Part shown: in pieces, positions 61,567 to 64,000 of the stretch | How the letters are laid out: the number at the start of each line of letters is the position of its first letter | Numbering within the stretch: position 1 is the stretch's first letter | Origin: Vairimorpha necatrix | Lineage: Eukaryota | NCBI GenBank assembly: GCA_036630325.1 | Contig: CP142727.1 | Coordinates: 1,054,001-1,118,000 of the forward strand | Length of the DNA stretch: 64,000 nt | Reading direction: 5' to 3' | Program-made: the position numbers and the translations under genes | Notes under the pieces: model-generated | The model's input: only the letters and a program-made list of their open reading frames with translations | The model's database searches: none | What the model was told of the DNA's origin: nothing

Positions 61567-64000
61567 TGTTATATATCCTTATTATTTTTACCCCTTATGA
61601 TGGAAAATAAACACATGGGGGCGATACCAGAAAATGGGTCTACAAAGGAGGACCGTGGCCAAGAGGCTAGAATATTATTAAAAGAGGTTAAAAGGATTGT
61701 TTATGAGTTGTTTTTAGAGAAAATTGATGAGTGTGGATTTAAATTAGAAATTTTTAGGAGAGGTTCTATTTTATTGAGAAATTTTATTGTTGAGAGGATC
61801 TCGCAAGAGGGTAGTTGGAAGGAAATTGAGGAAAAATTAGAGTTGCTAGCTATTCAGGAGGAAAAGGAACAAGTGAGAAAAAAAGAATTTGAAGAGTTGT
61901 CCCTAGCGTTATGGGCTAAATTTGAGGAGAAGAATAAGTTGTCTCGTAAGGAAAATAAAAAGAATATGCGTTGCTACAGTTGTGGGAAGTTAGGCCATAT
62001 GTTAGATTTTGTAGGGGAATGAGGCGAGATTCCGAAGACAGAAGAAATAAAAGTAGTTTTAATTATGTTGGTAAATGTAAAGTGCAATTAGACTTAGAGG
62101 GTAAATGTGATGACGATTCCAATTCGGACAAATGTGATTATTATAATGTTGATGGTGGGAAACGTAAGAAGAAAAATTTAGGGGATATACAAGATTATAG
62201 CAAAAGGGACAATAATAAGAGAGTTCTGTTGAGAAGGGATGTAAGAGGCATCGCGTATTTAGAGGAGATTATTTCACGGGTAGGAGGAAGAGAGGATGAA
62301 GATATTAGTTTTTGTAAGGTTGAAAAATGTATTATCAAGACTCAAGAAGGCAAAAAAGTTGTTAAAAAGGGGCAGGCTATAGCCCAGGCTTTGTTGAAGA
62401 AGACGGAAGATTATATTAATAGTTTGGAAAGAAGAAAGATAATTAGAAGGTCGACATCTGACTGGAGAAATTCCATTAGAGCGATTGAGAAACCGAATGG
62501 TGATATAAGATTAGTAAGTAATTTAATTGCTCTTAATGACATTGTAGAGAATGACCCTTATGAGTTAACTAGGAAAAGAGATGTTATTAGAAGTACACAG
62601 GGATCTGAATTTTTTACCGTGATAGATCTAAGGAGGGGTTTTATAGTATTGAGATTGAAGAGAAGGATAGGTTTAAGGCGGCTTTTGAGTTTAAAAAAAA
62701 TGTATCCGAGTGGAATTCGATGGTCATGGGGTTTAAAAACTCACCGCAGATATTACAAAGAATAATGAATGGGATTTTTGAAAAATTTATTGGTAAGGGA
62801 ATCGAAATTTATATGGACGATATTGTGATTCATAGTAAGACAAGAGAGGGTCACGACAAATTGTTGAAAGAGGCTGTGGATATATTAGAGGAGAATAGTA
62901 TGAAAATTAATTTAGCTAAGGTTCAATTATGTAAACGAGAGGTGATGTTGTTAGGAGTAACAGTTAATGGCAAGGAGATACTGCCATCTGAAATAAAGCA
63001 AAATGAAGCGTTAGAATTTCCCAAACCGGAGTGTGTATCAGATGTTAGGAAGTTTCTTGGGCTGGCTGGATGGTTTAGAAATCATATTGATAATTATGCA
63101 AAACGTACATTGGCGTTGACGGATTCTTTTAAAGGACGAGGAAGTAATTGGAAATGGACAGAAGAAATGGAAAAAGAATATATTAGTTTAAGGGAAGTGA
63201 TTAGGGATTTAAAAGGTTTAGCAATTGTTAATTATAATAAGGAATTTTTGTTACGCACGGATGCGAGTAATGTTGGATTGGTTGCTGTTTTAATGCAGGA
63301 AGATGATCAAGGTAATTGGGTACCAGTACAGTGGGCATCAGAAAAGTTTACGCCTACGGAAACGAGATATGGAATCAGTGAGAAGGAGATGTATGCAGTC
63401 TTTTGGGGAATTAAAAAGTTTGAATATGAACTACGCGGAAGAAGATTTAGGGTAGAAACTGATCATAAGGCATTGATCGAGATTAGAAATAAACCAGTAT
63501 TTAACAATAATAGAATTAACAGGTGGATTGAAAAGATTCAAGAGTTCGACTTTAGCATTGAATATAGAGAGCCTAGTACCATGGTTGTAGCAGATGCACT
63601 GAGTAGGGTACATGAAAATGAGAAAACGCTAATGAATAAGGAGAGAAGTATTAAACAGGCACAGGGTAAATGGGACAAGCATGTTAAAGTTGTTGATGGG
63701 AAGGAAATTTGGGTATTTGACTCTGGTAGAGAAGCGGAGATTCCAAAGAAAGAATTGCGTGAAGGTTTAATTGTCAATGCTCATGAAAATTTGGGACATA
63801 GAAGTTTAGGATCAGTGTACTATGCAATGAAGTTTGAATTTTATTGGCCGGGTATGAAGAAGGATATCGAGGATGTTTTAAAGAAGTGTGAAGTTTGCCA
63901 AATATATAATAGGAAAAAGAGTGGTGGTTGTGATTTTGTTAGTTCAAGATTTTATTTGGAAAAGGTTGCTTTGGATTTGATTGAGGTTAGAGATTTAGGG
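61567..64000 (+). mobile_element. Third minimal Ty3/gypsy copy (frameshifted, truncated by the window end)
   Basis: Putative 49-bp 5' LTR TGTTATATA...AATAAACACA (61567-61615) with CCCC-ATG inside, then PBS TGGGGGCGATACC. CYSCGKLGH, YMDD, TDAS, TDHK, HENLGH...CEVC. Frameshifts near 62000 and 62630-62700. The 3' LTR is outside the window. Confidence 0.9.

Noticed and set aside
61971-62022. Programmed gag-pol frameshift in the third gypsy copy
   Set aside because: The shift falls inside the CCHC knuckle, further shifts occur in RT, and the intact copy is a single ORF, so decay or sequencing error is more likely.

Overview
AT-rich, almost intron-free eukaryotic DNA that looks like a microsporidian (Nosema/Vairimorpha-like) chromosome segment. 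The lineage call is an inference from the reduced fungal-type genes, CCC/GGG motifs just before start codons, and Merlin and Ty3/gypsy elements. A compact housekeeping block at ~9.5-32.4 kb holds TAD3, NOP2, a SANT protein, RBX1, an Ada3-like gene, RtcB, a subtilisin, a cyclin, SMC2 and MscS. It is flanked by gene-poor accessory regions with transposon relics and two small families of probably secreted proteins. The main finding is a family of extremely minimal Ty3/gypsy retrotransposons. The intact copy (52124-55198, 3075 bp) has identical 38-bp TG...CA LTRs, a 5-bp TSD, PBS and PPT. Its single ORF starts inside the 5' LTR, ends inside the 3' LTR, and encodes a tiny Gag-CCHC fused to RT-RNaseH-IN with no recognisable aspartic protease. 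Two more copies in the window share this design. The intact copy interrupts an otherwise open secreted-protein gene. There are also two candidate structured ncRNA loci and several intergenic palindromes.
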